Assembly: GCA_016618085.1 (NCBI GenBank)
Contig: JABLTG010000020.1
Location: 62,001 to 126,000 of the forward strand
DNA length: 64,000 bases
Reading direction: 5' to 3'
Source: Neovahlkampfia damariscottae
Lineage: Eukaryota
Shown: positions 60,578 to 64,000 of the stretch, in pieces
How positions within the stretch are numbered: the first letter of the stretch is position 1
Layout: every line of letters begins with the position of its first letter
Notes under the pieces: model-generated
What the model was told of the DNA's origin: nothing
Databases searched by the model: none
What the model saw: the letters and a program-made list of their open reading frames with translations, nothing else
Made by a program: the position numbers and the translations under genes

Positions 60578-63500
60578 TTAAAAGTCTCCAAAAAGATCAT
60601 CAAGAGTTGGAGGTTTCTTATTTTGAGAAGAAGGTGATGCTGTAAATGTATCATTATCATCATCAAAAAGTGAATTCTTTTTTGCAGATTTTGTATCAGC
60701 TGCCAATGGATCTAGTTGAATTGGGTCATCAAATAAAGATGAGGCCTTTGGAGTTGCAGAAAGATCACTATCAAATAAATCATTAGATGAACTTTTAACA
60801 GGTCCAACAGCAAAATCATCATCATCACTTCCAAATAAATTCTGTGTTTTTGGAGTGGAATGTGATTTTACAGGTGCAGAAAATTCATCATCTGAATCTG
60901 TCTCTTCTTTTTTTTCTTCTTCTTCTTCAACTGATACATCTTGTTTTAATGCTTGAGGAGGTTGGTCAAATTCATCTTCTTCTTCTTCTTCTTCTTCTTT
61001 TTGTTCTTCAATTTGAGAAAGTTCATTTTCATTAGAATTTGGTTCGACCTCTTCAACAACTGAAGGAGGTGGTAAATCTTCAGTTTTTTGTTCTTCAATT
61101 TCTTTTGTTTCTTCTTCAACAGTACTTTCTTCTTCTTCTACTGCAGGAGGTGGCAAAAATTCAATGTCATCCTTTGAGTTTTCTTGTTTAATCTCCTCAG
61201 ACGAATCATCTTCCTTTGTTTCAGCTTCCATTTTTTCCTCTTTCAAATTTGATTCAAATGGATTCTCATCTTTTTCTTCTTCATCATCCCTAATAAGAGG
61301 AGAAGTAAATTCAACAACTTGTTCTTCTTTTTTGTCTTCACTTGGTGTTGGTGATGGTAAATCGAAAGTTGCTTCAGTCAATGAAGTAACACTAGGTTCT
61401 GTTAATGTTGAAAGAATTGGGGAAATTGGATTTGTTCCTAATGCAGAATTTTCTCTTGGGGAGCTTTCAACAGATTGAAAATCATCTTTTTCTTTGTCAG
61501 AAGAATCTCCACTGTTTTGACCATTTTGTGGTTCTGAATCTACAGAATCTTTTACATCTTCAATTTCATCAGTTTTTGTCAATGGTTCAACTGTATTTTC
61601 TGATTCAACTTCCAGTTCTTCAGATTGTTCAATTTCTTTTTCTTCTTCTTTTTCTTCAACAATTTCTTTTATTTCATCAATTTTGTCTTCAATAACATCT
61701 TCGATTGTATCTTTTTCAATTTTCTCTTCAACCACATCTTCAACTTCTTCAATTTTATCTTCAACTTCAACATTTTCTTTGACTTCATCATCAACTTTAT
61801 CTTCAGTCTCTGATTCCACTTCATCAACTTTAGTTTCTATATTTGATTCTATTGATTGTTCAACACTTTCTTCTTGAGTACTTTCTTGTTCATCTTTCTT
61901 TTCTTCTTCTTCTTCTTCTTCTTCATTCTTTTCAACAATTTTATTATCATCTTGTTCATTATCACTTTCAACAATTTCATCATCTTCATTCATTTCTAAA
62001 TTTTCTAAATCATCACCTTCAATTGCTTCAATTAATTTCAAAGTTGATTCTTTAACTTTTTGACCTAAAACAGATGTAAGTTTTGAACCATAATATTTTG
62101 AATCTGCTTTGAATTTCTTTTTGACAGTAAAAAATAATGAACTCATAAACTAAAAAATATTAAAAAAAAAAAATATAAAAGTTTTTACAGATTTCATTGC
62201 ATCTGAATATTCTTCTTTTGTATCTTCTAATAATTGATCTTTAATTTCTTTCATTTTTTGTTTAAACATTTCTTTCATTTGATTAATTTCATCTTCATTT
62301 TCTTTTGTTAAAGTATCAATTTCATCATCTTTTTTTTTTGTAATTTCTGATAATTTTGTTTTGAATTGTTCTCTTAAATCTTCAATAGTATCATCTAAAT
62401 CATTTTCTTCTTTTAAACTTTCAACTTTTTTCAAATATTGATCTTTTAAATTTTGAAAGTTTTCATCTGATTCTGTTGTCAATTTTGTAATTTCATTTGA
62501 ATGAGATTCTTTAAGTTTTAAGAATTCTTTTTGATATGCTTTTTTTAAATTTTCAATTTCTTCTTGATGAATTTCTTTTAATTTTTCCATACCATCTTGA
62601 TAAGATGAATTTAAAGATTTTGAATTCATTTTTTGTGTTGATTTTTCTTCTTGTAAATCTTTTTCTAAAATTTTAATTTCATTTTTTGATTCCGAAAGTA
62701 AATTCTTTAATTTATCATTTTCAATTTTAAAATGATTTAATTGAACATTTAAACTTGTTTGATTTGATTTTATATCTTTTTCTTCACTTTTTAAAGATTC
62801 ATTTTCTTGTCTTAATTTTAAAATTGTACTTTTTAAAACATCATCTTCATTGGCTGAATCTTGTGTCATTTTTTCAACTAATTTTTTCATTTTTTCTAAA
62901 TCATTTGTTGAATTTAAATATTGATGATCTAATTTATCATATTTTAATTTTAATGTTGTATATTCATCTCTTTCATTATTAATAGATTCTTGTAATTCAA
63001 CAATTCTTTGATTTAATTTTGTTATTCTAATATTAGCATTTTCTAAATCTTTTTGAAGAAATTCATCAGTTGTATGATCTAATTTTTCAAGTGCTCTTTT
63101 ACGTAAAAATAAAATTTTTTCATTTAAATTATCAATAGTCTGTCTTTCATCTAATATTTCTTTACGAAGTGATTCATTTGTATCAACTAAATGTTGAACA
63201 TTTTGAAGTAAAATTGGTGCTGACATTAATCTTTCTTTTTTATCTCGATCATTAGTTTTCATTAATGTTGTAAAATCCATATTATCAATTTTATCAGAAA
63301 TTTCATTCATTTTTGACATTAATTCTCCAATTTCTTTAATGTTTGATTTGGTTTCAACAATTATTGGTTTTTCTTCTTTTATTTCTTCTTTTGATTCTTC
63401 TGTTTTATTTTTTTGAAGTAATTCAGTTAAATTTTGAACTTGTTTTTGTAACATATCTACTACTGATTGTTGATTTGAATTACCAAAAGATCCATTTTGT

Positions 63501-64000
63501 TGAGGAATATATTGAGTATTTTGATTGAAAGATTGATTCATTGGTGAATTTGATTGATTGATTTGTTGTTGATTCATTGAATTTTGATTAAATGATTGAT
63601 TCATTGGTTGTTGATTCACTTGTTGTTGTTGTTGTTGTTGTTGATTCAATTGATCAATTGGTTGTTCATGAAAATCTTGTTCATGAGGTTCAACAACATT
63701 AAAAATTGTTGGTGTTCCATGTTTTTGAATTCTTGACAAAAGCGTATTTTGTTGTGGTTGTTGTTGTTGTTGTGGAGGTAATTGTTGTTGTTCATAATCA
63801 GGTTGACTCTTTGGACTTTCTAAAAATGTTGGTTCCTTTGGAACTGAATTTTTTCTTGATGATTTAAATTTAATAACTTCAATTTGAAAACATAAAGTAC
63901 TGAATGGAGGAACAACTGGATTTCTTCCTGAACAAAAGAATTAAAATGAAAAATAAAACCTTCTTCTCCATAAGCTAAATGATTTGGAATAACAACAAAT
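60578..64000 (-). CDS. FKBP15: FKBP15/WAFL-like protein (FKBP domain, polyQ, coiled coil, acidic tail); 5' end outside the window
   Basis: FVVIPNHLAYGEE|GRNPVVPPFSTLCFQIEV (FKBP C-terminus); MSAPILLQNVQHLVDTNESLRKEI resembles the FKBP15 coiled-coil start; acidic tail with LF-acidic motifs. Confidence 0.75.
63520..63791 (-). repeat. Coding (CAA)n polyglutamine tracts and short imperfect duplications
   Basis: ttgttgttg runs; PMNQSFNQN occurs twice. Confidence 0.8.

Noticed and set aside
1..64000. CRISPR arrays, tRNA, rRNA, intact transposons or viral genes
   Set aside because: No repeat-spacer arrays, cloverleaf or GC-rich structured segments, TIR/LTR pairs or viral hallmark genes seen; the capping enzyme has host-type introns. 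Small ncRNAs could be missed by eye.

Overview
Very AT-rich, extremely compact eukaryotic (protist) nuclear DNA using the standard genetic code. It resembles a free-living amoeboid or flagellate lineage such as Heterolobosea, but that is inference only. I find about 32 protein-coding genes, most split by tiny GT-AG introns (about 25-45 nt), so the supplied ORF track is fragmented. Recognisable genes: YAF9/GAS41, phospholipase D, SNAPC4-like Myb, Raptor, SMG1, two tandem SARAF paralogs, PrpD, VPS16, purple acid phosphatase, mRNA guanylyltransferase, class-3 lipase, divergent Arf-like GTPase, CSN6, bacterial-type RecG, nocturnin, UCH37, a TPR/F-box protein and FKBP15-like. There is also a decayed aminotransferase beside a transposase-like fragment. 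I saw no rRNA, tRNA or CRISPR. The main signals are architectural: (1) an orientation-independent CCAAT(CA) box 3-60 nt from almost every start codon; (2) a minimal splicing system with degenerate donors, frequent AAG and one GAG acceptor, and 4-nt and 12-nt micro-exons; (3) convergent genes whose stop codons abut or overlap; (4) an organelle-targeted RecG with an altered motif II; (5) a capping enzyme with an apparently duplicated OB module. All gene models were spliced by eye and all family calls come from remembered motifs; no searches were run.
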